Source: Corallochytrium limacisporum Hawaii
Taxonomy: Eukaryota; Protista; Pluriformea
Reading direction: 5' to 3'
NCBI GenBank assembly: GCA_002811645.1
Contig: PDIP01000083.1
Location: 196,366-260,365, forward strand
DNA: 64,000 bases
Each line of letters begins with the position of its first letter. The first letter of the stretch is position 1. Below are positions 1 through 10,816 of the stretch, in pieces. Under the pieces are notes generated by a model. The model made no database searches. It saw nothing but the letters and a program-made list of their open reading frames with translations, and was not told where the DNA came from. The position numbers and the translations under genes were made by a program.

Positions 1-2088
1 GCTGTCACACAACCTGTACCAGAATACTACGAGCAGAATCAAGGAGAGAGTCTGGATTCCCGCCTGGCGGCAATTGAGCAAATGCATGGACTTGGTCCTC
101 CTGACATGTGCCATGTGAGCAAGTCGATCACTCGCCAGGGCGGTATCTTTTCTGCTGCGGAGACAACGAACAAGGGCACCTACCACTACATCCACGGTCT
201 CGATGTGACAAGTGGTGCTGCGATTGCTGCGTACTTTACGTCGTTGCTAGCTGCACCTCGCCAGACAGAATGGCCAGTGCGGGGTGAATGGAAGATCCAG
301 GGTGGCACCTACTGCTCTTACAATGCCTTCACCCGCACCGATGTGCGTGTTGAAATTACCATGCCCGGCAGCGTCCTGGCCTACGGAGTCAATAATCGCG
401 GGGACCGATTCGAGACGACAGAAAGGACGTGGCAGGAGTTGTGGATCTCTGCGGTGCTGCGTTGGGTGGACCGCCCGAATCCGTTTGTGCACCACGTGGA
501 TTGTCTGCGTACGTTTGATCCTTTCGATGAGAAGAGCAGTGAGCAAGCATTCCTCAAGGCTGCGGCTGAAATGTTCTGGGAAGGCGTTTCATTGGGATCC
601 TCTGAGCCTCTGGCCATCCCAGACAATGTCAACAACCGTCTGACCCAGGGACTGCGTCGGTTCTTCATGGACACTGGTCGGTACGCAGATGCCATTGATT
701 TCTTTGCACAGTTCGTGGACCGCGACGCGGAGCTGCAGGCCCTGATTGCTGAAGCGGAGGACAACCTGAATCGCCGCACTCAGAGCCTCTGTACCCTCGC
801 TCGGACCTTGAAGGAAGTTCCGGAGTCAGCTAACCTGCTGGTCGCGGAGGGGTCCCTGCTTGTCCATGCCGGGCAGATGGAACTTGCGGAGAGTGTGAGT
901 CGATACGCTGCAGATACCTCTCCCGGCCGTTCCAGCGTCTGGCTGAACCTGGCACGAGTGTATCTAGCAAGGGAAATGTACGAAGACTGTCTAGTCGCCC
1001 TGAACGTTACACCAATGAATTCTAGCGCGGAGTTCTTCATTCCGGACATGCCTCCGGCGGCACGTCGCATGCACGACAATACAGCCGTGCTGGACATGAT
1101 TGAACAGGAGGAAGACGGTGATGAAGCACTATTCTCTCTGCTGGGCCCGAACCTAAAGGAGAACTTCCTGGAGGCCTACACCATCCTCGCAGACATTGTG
1201 AAAAAGACTGGCTGGGATCAGTTGCTGGCCTTCCGCTCCAAGGTGTTTGTCATGGAGGAGGAATACGTGATGAGCACCAAGGAATTGGCAGAACGGAAAC
1301 GCAAGGCCACGGAGCAGCGCAGAAAGCACACACCGCACGAGGGCTCGCCTGAAGGCAAGCCCCGCCAGGGCCAACGTACGGTCTCTGAAAGCTCCGAAGA
1401 GCAGAAGCCTTCGACACAGGACGACAGCCAACAAAAGGAGCAGGAAGACCAGCAAGAGGAGCCGCAAGAACAGCAGGAAACGACCAATGCGGCAACCGTG
1501 GACAAACCTGACGGCACTACCGCGGAGGAGGAAGCTCGTGGAAGCGATCAATCCAACAAGGAGCAATTGGAGCGCAAGCGTCTGTGCGAACGCTGGTTGG
1601 ATCACATTTTCATGGCGCTCTACAAGGATCTGCGTCAGTATTCACTATGGAAGGCCCAGGAGGCCCGGGTACGGCAGGGGGCGACTGCTCAGGAACGCAC
1701 CGTGGGCGACATGCTCCGCTTGGGTCAGCTTGCGGAGCGTTTGCTCCGGGAAGAGGACGCCCTCCGCTGTTACGCTCAGTGTGTGGAAATTGCCTACAGT
1801 CTGCGCGCGTGGTGCCAGCTCACTACGCTGTACATCAAACTCCAGCAGTACGACGATGCCTTGGCTGCCGTCGGCAAAGTCTTCAGTTTCTACTCCATGA
1901 ACCGGCAGCTGATGGTGCCGCAGAAGGTCCTCGCTGCCCTGAACCAGATGGTTGTGGCCAAGGGATTGAAATACTGCACAGAAAACATTGAGGCTGTCGG
2001 TGACCTGACGCCTGGCATGAAGTGGGCACTCTGGTTCGTTACGCGCAGGCGTCCCGTTCTCTTCGATCAAGGGAAGTCTGGAGCCTAG
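1..2088 (+). CDS. ChAPs family (Chs5-Arf1-binding; Bch1/Bud7-like) exomer cargo adaptor, 5'-partial
   Basis: Frame is open from base 1 (AVTQPVPEYYEQNQGESLDSR...), so the true start lies upstream of the window. Contains ChAPs motifs LGPPDMCHV, GTYHYIHGLD, YCSYNAFTRTDVRV, ALNVTPM, GWDQLLAFRSKVFVMEEEY and KRLCERWLDHIFMALYKDLR, plus TPR-like helices. Confidence 0.9.
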   Translation, partial: AVTQPVPEYYEQNQGESLDSRLAAIEQMHGLGPPDMCHVSKSITRQGGIFSAAETTNKGTYHYIHGLDVTSGAAIAAYFTSLLAAPRQTEWPVRGEWKIQGGTYCSYNAFTRTDVRVEITMPGSVLAYGVNNRGDRFETTERTWQELWISAVLRWVDRPNPFVHHVDCLRTFDPFDEKSSEQAFLKAAAEMFWEGVSLGSSEPLAIPDNVNNRLTQGLRRFFMDTGRYADAIDFFAQFVDRDAELQALIAEAEDNLNRRTQSLCTLARTLKEVPESANLLVAEGSLLVHAGQMELAESVSRYAADTSPGRSSVWLNLARVYLAREMYEDCLVALNVTPMNSSAEFFIPDMPPAARRMHDNTAVLDMIEQEEDGDEALFSLLGPNLKENFLEAYTILADIVKKTGWDQLLAFRSKVFVMEEEYVMSTKELAERKRKATEQRRKHTPHEGSPEGKPRQGQRTVSESSEEQKPSTQDDSQQKEQEDQQEEPQEQQETTNAATVDKPDGTTAEEEARGSDQSNKEQLERKRLCERWLDHIFMALYKDLRQYSLWKAQEARVRQGATAQERTVGDMLRLGQLAERLLREEDALRCYAQCVEIAYSLRAWCQLTTLYIKLQQYDDALAAVGKVFSFYSMNRQLMVPQKVLAALNQMVVAKGLKYCTENIEAVGDLTPGMKWALWFVTRRRPVLFDQGKSGA

Positions 2089-2267
2089 CAAAGTTAGCTT
2101 AAATACAGTATTAATGTCTCTAGTCGCCTTGTAGAAAGCTTTTGAACATTTGTGTATTGCTCCATTAATGTACATTTATATGCCATTTGGATCTGTTCGA
2201 CATAGCAGACAAATTAAATCCAACACCGTGGTTTAGGTCGCATGAGGCCATCGTCTTCTTGTCCACG

Positions 2268-3248
2268 CTATTCCTGTTTCACACCAGAGGAAGCAGCGGC
2301 AACGCCGTAGGCCACCTTCTGCTTTAAGTTTCGCTCCCCTTCGGAGGGTGCCCTGCTCTGGTCCGTCTTACGGACCTCGCCGATCTCCTGGAGCACCAGT
2401 GTCGCCACCGCTGCCTGGCCAAGACCCATGACAAAGACACCAGCGAAGGGAATGGCCGCCAGGAGCACCAGAGGGTATGTGAAGCCGAAGATGACGGCCC
2501 AGTGATACCGCATCAGGGTCTGCTGTTCCTTGTAAGTGAGCATGAGATATTGCTTCATGTACGGCTTCAGAAGCAGCCAGCTCATCTTGCGGGCAAGAAC
2601 GTACGCCTGTAGAGCTGGCACGAGGAACGGGCCAACGAATGGCAGCCATCCAATTATGCCAATGACCGTATACTGAGCGTAAAAGTGCAGGTATTTGCGG
2701 ATCTTGTCCCACTGCTTAACCGCAAAGTTGGTTTTGTGCTCCGTGTTGCGCTTCATGCGCTCGACCATGTCCTTGCCAACTTCTTCGTCAAGATCTAGCA
2801 TTTGGGCATTGAACACATTTGAAAAGAGGTGCGGTTGGCTCTGACCCACCCAATTGATACTCAAGCTCGGCACCAGGAGCATGGTTGACACGAAGGAAGC
2901 AGGACTGATGAGCAGGGACCCCAGTGTAAGAGGCCAAGCCGCAATCGCCGCACCAATGAACATGGAGTAGGCCTTGAACACGGCCTGGGCATTCTCCAAG
3001 AAATAGTCCTTCAGGGGACCACGAAGTTCCTTGTTGAAGATACCGCGCAGGCAGCCGACAAAAAGGATCACAAGACCTTTGCACATCAGCACTCCAGCCC
3101 GTGCCACCTGCATGACCACGGAACCCTCTTCCTTGACCTGAGCCTGCATCACATCGGCCCGGCGCTCACCCCAGGTCTCTTCGAGACCACGGGGTACCAG
3201 GAGAGGTAGGTCATCCTTGCGGAGGTAAGACACTTGCTTCTTACTCAT
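2268..3248 (-). CDS. EI24/Lds-Rrt8-like multi-pass membrane protein
   Basis: Several hydrophobic helices with a repeated LPFVGP / IPFAG pattern and the YKEQQTLMRYHWAVIFGF segment typical of the EI24 domain. Start set at MSKKQ (3248); the ORF extension to 3491 looks non-coding. Confidence 0.6.
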   Translation of the reverse strand: MSKKQVSYLRKDDLPLLVPRGLEETWGERRADVMQAQVKEEGSVVMQVARAGVLMCKGLVILFVGCLRGIFNKELRGPLKDYFLENAQAVFKAYSMFIGAAIAAWPLTLGSLLISPASFVSTMLLVPSLSINWVGQSQPHLFSNVFNAQMLDLDEEVGKDMVERMKRNTEHKTNFAVKQWDKIRKYLHFYAQYTVIGIIGWLPFVGPFLVPALQAYVLARKMSWLLLKPYMKQYLMLTYKEQQTLMRYHWAVIFGFTYPLVLLAAIPFAGVFVMGLGQAAVATLVLQEIGEVRKTDQSRAPSEGERNLKQKVAYGVAAASSGVKQE

Positions 3249-4366
3249 GATGGGAGTTGTGTGGATGATGTGCGAGGGTAGTACTGTTGTCGCACTGGAC
3301 ACTACAGTCTCTACGGGTCGCCGTCGTAGACTATTGATCACACTGTGTGGTATGAACAGATCCTTTTCCTTTGGGAAACGATACACCGATGGCCGCCTCG
3401 TCTGTACCAAGAGACGTACCGTAACGTGCGTACGAACTCCAGTGTTGCACGCAATGCGGGAAGAAGCTATCAGAGATTGCAGGATCATCACCTGCGTACC
3501 CTAGTCAGCAATACAAGGGCTCCATTCCTTGACGAACCGGTGTGAATATGGAACCTTAAGGAAACAGTCAGCTCGAGCAAGTTGGAATACCCTGCTGACG
3601 CAAGCGCTTCCATTCCTATGCATGTCTCCGACGCACGCACAGTGACTGCATTGCCCCGGCTGACCCGGGCTTGTGGAAGAATGATTTGGCCTGCGCTCTC
3701 CATCTCTGGGTGTCCCCCGCCATCTGCAAAGTTCCAAATTCCACTCGCATAGTGCGCTTCACAGTCCGTATGCAGAACTCACTGATGCGAACAAGGAAAT
3801 GGTGAAGATCCGCGCACCCACATTAGAGAACGAGACAAAAGGGTGAACAGTAACTGCCTGTTGCTGGTTTATTTGTGCGTGTTGCGCCGTGAAAACACAG
3901 TGGAAAAGAATCTTCACCAACGATGACGCACGCAACGCACCCAAGGCAGTTCCCCTCCCTGCCTTGCGGGCCCTTTGGGATCCGACAAAGCAAAAAAGAA
4001 AAGAAAAGAGAGGAAACTTCCCCCTGTAATTCTTAGGATTTTGGGGCCAAGTTGAAGTTTGGACTGCGAGCTCCGCCGGTTCTCCCAAAGTTTTGCTCGA
4101 CCTCCCCTCCCCCCGCGCGGCGGCGGAAGAGAGGGACTGATGAGCACTAGAAAAGGGGGCCTATTTTATCCAGCCATCGGGCCGTTTTAATATACTGGCT
4201 TTTTTGTAAATTGCTGTTGGGGGCGGGGCCACACACGCAGAGAGAAAACTAAAGAAAACAGAAAAAATTAAAAACCGAACGGGGCTACGGAACCTGAGCT
4301 GGCATGGGGGAGGATGGATCTCGCTGGTTGATTGTGGGGGCCTCACACATCACATCCAACCGGGTC

Positions 4367-4385
4367 GTGTGTGTGTGTGTGTGTG
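4367..4385. repeat. (GT)n microsatellite
   Basis: About 9 GT units seen directly. Confidence 0.9.
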
Positions 4386-5463
4386 CGTCTGTATGTGTAT
4401 TCCCATCATGATGGATCAGTGCGTGTACGGTAGTCTGCATCATCGGGAGCATGTTGGTGTGTAGTGGGAGTCGGATACGAACAAAATAGACCGCTTTGGC
4501 GGGGGATCACCAGACGTTGCAGTCAGATCGGGACGGGCGATCTCGCTCGGGCTAACGACCCTGTTGGGCATGGTACTATTGATCACACACACATAGAGAA
4601 CTAATGCAAAGAGTGATTTATGAAAAAGGTGATTGAACGATCAAGATGGACAGCTAGCGATCGGGGGCATGCTGATCCAATGATGGGAGGGGCAGCAGCA
4701 CCTGGGTACCTTACCGTAGGGTGGCCAGGCTGGCGAAGCGCGCTCAGTAATAGGCACGGTGGTGGAGACGATAGGGGGAGAGATCGACTCGTGGTTGGCC
4801 CTGTCTGTGTGCAACAACGTCATTCCGTACTCGCGGTACCTTCTTGCCAGTTCAAAAATTTCGGTGACGGAGGACAGTGGGAGCCAAAATATCGGCCACT
4901 CTCCCCTTCCCTTTCGCGGGGCCGGGCGCTTCAAGAGTAAGGCCTACTGCATTTGGCAGGTGCTAATTCAACCTCCCCGAGGAAATATTAGAAACAAAGG
5001 CCAAACATACCAACCGGGCCGTTTTGGTGTTTGAATGAGGGCACGGGCACAGTAGTAGTCGGGGTACTAGTGCTGGTAGTGGTATTACCGTTATCGCGCC
5101 CGTTTGGTATCGGAATCTGTGCGGTGAGACGCGTTCCACGATATACGCTTAGCTGTTCGTACCGTACGCAATACACGGGGTACTTTTGAACCATCCTTGA
5201 ATCAATAGCAGCACGGTCCCCCCATGTCCGTCGCCAATTTGTGTCTCTCTTCTCCACATTCTTCACGCATAGATCTGCGGTGGGACATTGGAGGCATGGT
5301 GCGGACATTACCGATAGCCCCTGCGCACCGTGGGTTTCCTGGGCCGGAACAACCAAGCCTCCATTGTCATTGTCTGTTCCCCGGGCCCCCCTCCCCCGAA
5401 ACTAGGCGGTATACAGGAAAAATAACCGAGAATTAACAGATGTTGACCTCAAACACCTCCCCC

Positions 5464-5654
5464 NNNNNNNNNNNNNNNNNNNNNNNNNNNNNNNNNNNNN
5501 NNNNNNNNNNNNNNNNNNNNNNNNNNNNNNNNNNNNNNNNNNNNNNNNNNNNNNNNNNNNNNNNNNNNNNNNNNNNNNNNNNNNNNNNNNNNNNNNNNNN
5601 NNNNNNNNNNNNNNNNNNNNNNNNNNNNNNNNNNNNNNNNNNNNNNNNNNNNNN
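5464..5654. other. Assembly gap (N run)
   Basis: 191 Ns flanked by C-rich tracts. Confidence 1.
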
Positions 5655-5815
5655 CTTCCCCCCCCGCCCCTTTTGACTGCCTTCCCAACCAACCAAGCGT
5701 CCCTACGCCGTGCAAAACCCCCTCCTGCATGGCTCGGTGCTCTCTCCCCCTTCGCCAGCCTCCCCTCCGGGGCCTTCTTCCTTCCTAAAACTGCTTAAAA
5801 CCTAGGGATCTTTGC

Positions 5816-5855
5816 CTCTCTCTCTCTCTCGCTCTCGCTCTCGCTCTCGCTCTCT
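5816..5855. repeat. (CT)n/(CTCTCG)n microsatellite
   Basis: CT run followed by GCTCTC units. Confidence 0.9.
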
Positions 5856-6715
5856 AGCTCTGGCCCGAGAAAGTCAGTGGCAGTGCCCTCCCCCTTTTTT
5901 CCAAACCCTCTGAAGAATTTTTCTTCAAGGGAGGGGGGGGAGGCCAGAAAAGAAGAATAATCAAAACCAATCCTTTCTACTACGCAACAATGGGAAAAAA
6001 AAAGGAAAAATGCCGGTGAGAGTGGGAGAAACGAGAGCCGGGCCAACAAGAAAAAGAAGGAGGGGGGAGGGGGAGCTCCAGAGTCCCCCAAAGTCAGAAC
6101 CAATCCCCGATCTTTGTCTTTGTTGTGCAAACTTTCATCAATTTTTTTACAGTGTGTCCAATGGCCCCGAAAACGGCGTGTGTGTAGTAGTAGTAGTCCT
6201 TCATTGGACGCGTACTACCACTACTACTACTCCCGGGTCTCCCTCCCCACTCATTGATTCTTCTGTCTTTAATTCTTTTCTTAAAGTTGGCTTGGCTGGC
6301 CCTTTCTCGCCCCCCCTCCCTTGTCCCCCACCTCGCCAGCCGCCCAAGGAGGAAAACCCGAAGAAAAGAAGAATGAAATACCGGAGAGGGGGGGAGCGGG
6401 GAGAAATTGTTTTGCTTTTGTTTTTTGCCATTGCGTCCGTTTATTTACTTTTTTTTGCATTTTCATTCGAGGGAGAGCGCATAAGCAAAAAAAGCAAAAA
6501 GAGAAAATTGGTTGGGTTTTGCTTGTGTGCCGGGTGTTTCGTTGGTTCTCATCCACTTTATTGATATGTTCTTAAATATTTTGAAGAAGAAGAAGAAAAA
6601 CCACCGAACAAAACCCTCCCTCCCCCCCTCCGGGCCGGGCACCGGGCGTGGTTTTTTTTTTCTTTTTCGTGGCCGTTGGGTGCTGTGCATCCTCGGGGCT
6701 TGGAACGGTTGAGTT

Positions 6716-6737
6716 TGGAATGGAATGGAATGGAATG
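6716..6737. repeat. (TGGAA)4 pentanucleotide repeat
   Basis: tggaatggaatggaatggaatg seen directly. Confidence 0.9.
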
Positions 6738-7029
6738 ATCTGGTGGATACGGAACGGGATGCGGGTTGTGGGCGCTTCGGGGAGGCTGTAGGAGTGAGTA
6801 GAGGGTGGTGGCATCAGCGCTACGTCGCTTGACGTGCGCACGAAGAATGAAAGCTTGGGAAAATATGAGGTTGTCCACGGCAGGTATTTAAGCAGATCAA
6901 CCTAAGACCTGCTGTGGACACGCTGTCAACGGCTTCCAACGACAAAGGGATCAGGTTCTGGACAAGGCACGTTGGCCAGAACATCTACACAAGCAAGCAG
7001 GTAAACAAAGAACAAAACAAGAACAAAGA

Positions 7030-8547
7030 ATGTCGGGATACCCACCGCCCGCTGGTGGCTACGGAGGCTATCCGCCGCCTGGCCAACCACCCTACGGCGC
7101 ACCGCCGGGACCCCCCGGTGCTCCTGGCTACCCTCCACCAGCTGGTGGTCATCCGCCCTATGGCGCTCCTCCACCTGGTGGCCAGCCTCCGTATGGCGGC
7201 GCACCTCCGCCCGCCGGCTTCCACCCACCACCCCACGGACAGCCTGGCGCTCCAGGCTACCCGCCCCCTCAGCCCGGTTATGGCCAACCTCCGCCGCCTG
7301 GTGGCCCGCCGCCGCACGGTGCCCCGTACGCCGGCTACCCTCCGCAACAGGCTCAGGCCTACCCGGGAGCCCCGCCGCAGGGTGGAGGCGCCTATCCAGG
7401 CGCTCCCCCGCAGGGCGGAGCAGCCGTCTACGCCGCGTCTCCGTACGGTCAGCAGCCACCGACGGGGTACGCACCGAACCCTTACGCTGCCGCGGGCGTC
7501 GGTGCCGCGGCAGGAGCTCACTATGCTCAAAATGCTCAGGCCGGTGCCCCACCTCCGCAAGGTTACGGCTCGGCCATGAGCGTGCACACTCTGGAGAACC
7601 CGGGACGACCATCGATCAAGGCAGGACGTGGCGAGCCGGTCCGGGATGCTGAAATCCTGCGTAAGGCAATGAAAGGCTTCGGTACGGACGAGAAGGCATT
7701 GATCAGTGTGCTGGGCGCGCGGACGTTGAAGGAAAAGTTCGAGATTGGACGTGCCTTCAAGACAGCGTACGGCAAGGACCTGGTTAAGGACCTTGATTCC
7801 GAGACCTCTGGCGATTTCGGTATGTTAGTGGAGCACCAGATCAAGACTCCAGCCATGTGGGACGCATGGAACATCCGCAAGGCCTGCAAAGGAGCGGGTA
7901 CCAACGAGACGCTGTTGATTATGATCTTGGCCAGCCGCACCAACGAAGAGATTCACGAAATCCGCCAGGCCTTCAAGCGCGAGTACCATGTGGAGCTGGA
8001 TAATGTGCTAAAGAGCGAGACCTCGGGGCACTTCGAACGCCTCTTGGTGTCCCTGGCCCAGGGCAACCGCCAGAAGTCTGGTCCAGTGGATGCCAACATG
8101 GCCCGCGAAGATGCCAGCCGCCTCAAGGCCGCTGGTATTGACAAGCTTGGCACGGACGAGAGCCAATTCAATGCCATTCTCTGCACCCGCAGCTTCCCCC
8201 AACTGCGGGCGACGTTCGATGAGTACTCAAAGCTGACGGGCAAGGACATTCTGCAGTCCCTCCACTCAGAAATGAGCGGTGATCTGTACTCGGGTATGAA
8301 GGCCGTAGTGTGCATTGCGCGTGACCCTCCAACCTACTTTGCCGAGCGGGCTTACAAGGCAATGAAGGGCATGGGCACACAGGAGCAGATTCTGAACTAC
8401 GTTGTCGTGGCCAGGGCTGAGAAGGATATGGAGGACATCAAGGAGGCCTACATGAAGCAGTACAAGAAGAGTCTGGTCAGTGCGATTGAATCCGACACCA
8501 GTGGTGACTACAAGCGCATGCTGGTCGCAATGGTCAATGGTAACTAA
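7030..8547 (+). CDS. Annexin, A7/A11-like, with Gly/Pro/Tyr-rich N-terminus
   Basis: About 180-aa GYPPP low-complexity N-terminus followed by four annexin repeats (KAMKGFGTDE, KACKGAGTNE, KLGTDESQF, KAMKGMGTQE; ETSG/DTSG motifs). Confidence 0.97.
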   Translation: MSGYPPPAGGYGGYPPPGQPPYGAPPGPPGAPGYPPPAGGHPPYGAPPPGGQPPYGGAPPPAGFHPPPHGQPGAPGYPPPQPGYGQPPPPGGPPPHGAPYAGYPPQQAQAYPGAPPQGGGAYPGAPPQGGAAVYAASPYGQQPPTGYAPNPYAAAGVGAAAGAHYAQNAQAGAPPPQGYGSAMSVHTLENPGRPSIKAGRGEPVRDAEILRKAMKGFGTDEKALISVLGARTLKEKFEIGRAFKTAYGKDLVKDLDSETSGDFGMLVEHQIKTPAMWDAWNIRKACKGAGTNETLLIMILASRTNEEIHEIRQAFKREYHVELDNVLKSETSGHFERLLVSLAQGNRQKSGPVDANMAREDASRLKAAGIDKLGTDESQFNAILCTRSFPQLRATFDEYSKLTGKDILQSLHSEMSGDLYSGMKAVVCIARDPPTYFAERAYKAMKGMGTQEQILNYVVVARAEKDMEDIKEAYMKQYKKSLVSAIESDTSGDYKRMLVAMVNGN

Positions 8548-8736
8548 AAAAAACAAAACAGGTGACGGGCAATGATCTTGAAGGCCCTTCTGCCCTGCTC
8601 ATCTCACTCAATCCACTGCCTTCAGCCTATACTTGTTCGAAAATCAAAAATCAAAGACCCTATCACTAGCTCATCACGTTGCTACCGAAAACAAAATAAA
8701 CCCTATTTCTTGCTATGGATAATTTGCATGCGTTGT

Positions 8737-10251
8737 CTATAATCGCTCCTTGTTGATGGCCAGCAACAACTGCCCCATGGTCACGCCGCTCTGCCGCGAT
8801 ACTGACAGCATTTTGGCCAGTCCACGACTATATATCAGTGCATCCGATCCTTCAACACTCTGTTCCTGATTGCCGGCACTGCTTCTGTTGCCGTGGAAGA
8901 TGCCGATGCCGGATGCCGATACCGATGCCGAGATCTCGGCACGGTGCAGGAGCAGCGCCAGGCGCCTGTTTGCCCAATCTGCGGGACCCAGGAACGGGCG
9001 CTCGGTTGTATCTGTCTGACTGGTCCGATCCAACTGTTGCATCTTTGCGTGCATAGAAGTCATGACCAGTCGACGCAACCACAGACAGACAAGAAGTTCG
9101 CAGAACCCTTCTTCAACGTCCAGGGGCACGGATTGATACCGATGTCCGCCCGAATCCACGCCGACCAACGCACGGAAGGCCGCGTGGCCAAGTTCATGGG
9201 CCAACGTCATGGCTGCGACATTTGATGGTAGACCTTCAAGCACGTAGATTGCAATGGTTGTGCCCGGCTGATTATATGACAGGTGACGATCTTCGGTCGG
9301 ATCAGTTGAGCCAGACTGCTGAATCAACTGGTCACCACCTTTGCGGCTGCTCAGTCGGTCGAGGAACTCTTGTAACTTCTCACGCGTGCGGTTTCCAAAT
9401 TGTCCGGATGAATAAGGCCGTCCCAGTGCCACTGTAAGTCCAAGTGGAGGTGGTTGTCTAGTTTTGGCCAGCTGCGGTGGCCCCTCAATCTCCTCGCCAT
9501 CGTCGACTCCGTGCGATCCCAGTGTACGTCCCAGTTCTCGCATTTTCTCAGTGTCACCCAGACCAATCTTAACCCGTACCGGTCCGTTAGGGTCGATTAA
9601 ATGGAGCAGGTGCAGATCTCTACTCTCGGCTACCGAACCAAAGTCCAGTGCAACGCGGTAGGCAAGACGAAACGCTTCGTCGTCCGTCCGTAGGGGTGGG
9701 AATGTTCGATCGCACTGAACGCAGCAGCCGAGGTGCGGTGATCCGCCTATTGTTCGGTGCAAGCCCTCTGTCCAGCGGTCACAGCAGAGTCGGTCACAGC
9801 TTACGCAGCTTGCGTGGCTTTCCACGTGGCTGAGACAGTATGCCATCGACTGATCATCGCCGATCGGAAGAGACAGACTGTACGCTATCTGTTGATCGGG
9901 GTCCGGTTCAGTGATCAATGCCCGTTTTGGTCGGTATACTCCGTACTCAACGTCAGGTACGTATGCACCGCAGACGTTGCATTGTGGATTGCCCAGGAAA
10001 CACAGAAGTCCGACCAGTGACCTCTGGGCCTGTTCGACGATTGTGAGGAGAGGATTGGTGCTGCCTCTTGTACGCTGGTGGTGCTCCTGCTGCTGATATT
10101 GCGGCGTGTACGATTTGAGATACCTTCCTACAAATCTGCCACCGGACACGTTATCACTCTCCGTGTACAATACATACGTGCGGTAGCTAGCGTGGGTTGC
10201 CAAGCCGAAACCCAGTAACCGGCCAAAGACCGCGCCCCCGCCGAGATTCAT
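8737..10251 (-). CDS. DA1-like zinc metallopeptidase with LIM-like Cys/His domain
   Basis: CNVC...YCLSH...CVSCDR...CVQC cluster, then IAIYVLEGLP...LAHELGHA (HExxH)...VEEGFCELLVCLWL...IYSRGL, matching the DA1 (DUF3633) pattern. First ATG at 10251; 5' end uncertain. Confidence 0.8.
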   Translation of the reverse strand: MNLGGGAVFGRLLGFGLATHASYRTYVLYTESDNVSGGRFVGRYLKSYTPQYQQQEHHQRTRGSTNPLLTIVEQAQRSLVGLLCFLGNPQCNVCGAYVPDVEYGVYRPKRALITEPDPDQQIAYSLSLPIGDDQSMAYCLSHVESHASCVSCDRLCCDRWTEGLHRTIGGSPHLGCCVQCDRTFPPLRTDDEAFRLAYRVALDFGSVAESRDLHLLHLIDPNGPVRVKIGLGDTEKMRELGRTLGSHGVDDGEEIEGPPQLAKTRQPPPLGLTVALGRPYSSGQFGNRTREKLQEFLDRLSSRKGGDQLIQQSGSTDPTEDRHLSYNQPGTTIAIYVLEGLPSNVAAMTLAHELGHAAFRALVGVDSGGHRYQSVPLDVEEGFCELLVCLWLRRLVMTSMHAKMQQLDRTSQTDTTERPFLGPADWANRRLALLLHRAEISASVSASGIGIFHGNRSSAGNQEQSVEGSDALIYSRGLAKMLSVSRQSGVTMGQLLLAINKERL

Positions 10252-10816
10252 GTCATTCCCGGGGCCAACTTCTACCAATACGGTCGTTTCCTTGATACGA
10301 CCACGACTGGCCTTACATTATCCTGGTCTCTTATTCATTGGAGCCCCTCTGCGTCACTGACGCCAACAGAGCAGATCGCTGAATATACACACCGTCGGCT
10401 CTTTGTGTCACCCAAGGGTTACACACCCTCCTAAAGTACCCTCAGCGGACACCCGACCCCTGGCTTGAAGGGGAAGGCGGGCAGTTGTGTGGTCGTGGGA
10501 CGGGACGGCTATGTCTGCCTTCGCCGCGTTTGGACGGTCGGTGGGGCGGAATGCCGCGGAGGCCGCAGGTATCTAACCGGCATGACCACGTCTCGACGCT
10601 ACATGCATTACAATGTAGCACTGTGATATAAGCTGGGTGGTCACACTGTGAAGAATAAAAAATGTAGGGAGATGGTCGCAGAAGCAATAATTTGATATGG
10701 CCCAACAAGAGGAAGACGTTTTGGCAGGTCTTTCCGTAGTTCTATTGAGTAGGTACCAAAGAACAATAGCAAGGTGATCAATACACTCAGTGCCGCAAAA
10801 CTTTGTACAGGAAACA

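Noticed and set aside
4137-4156. Hammerhead-like CTGATGA...GAAA
   Set aside because: No stem II closing pair or supporting stems I and III.
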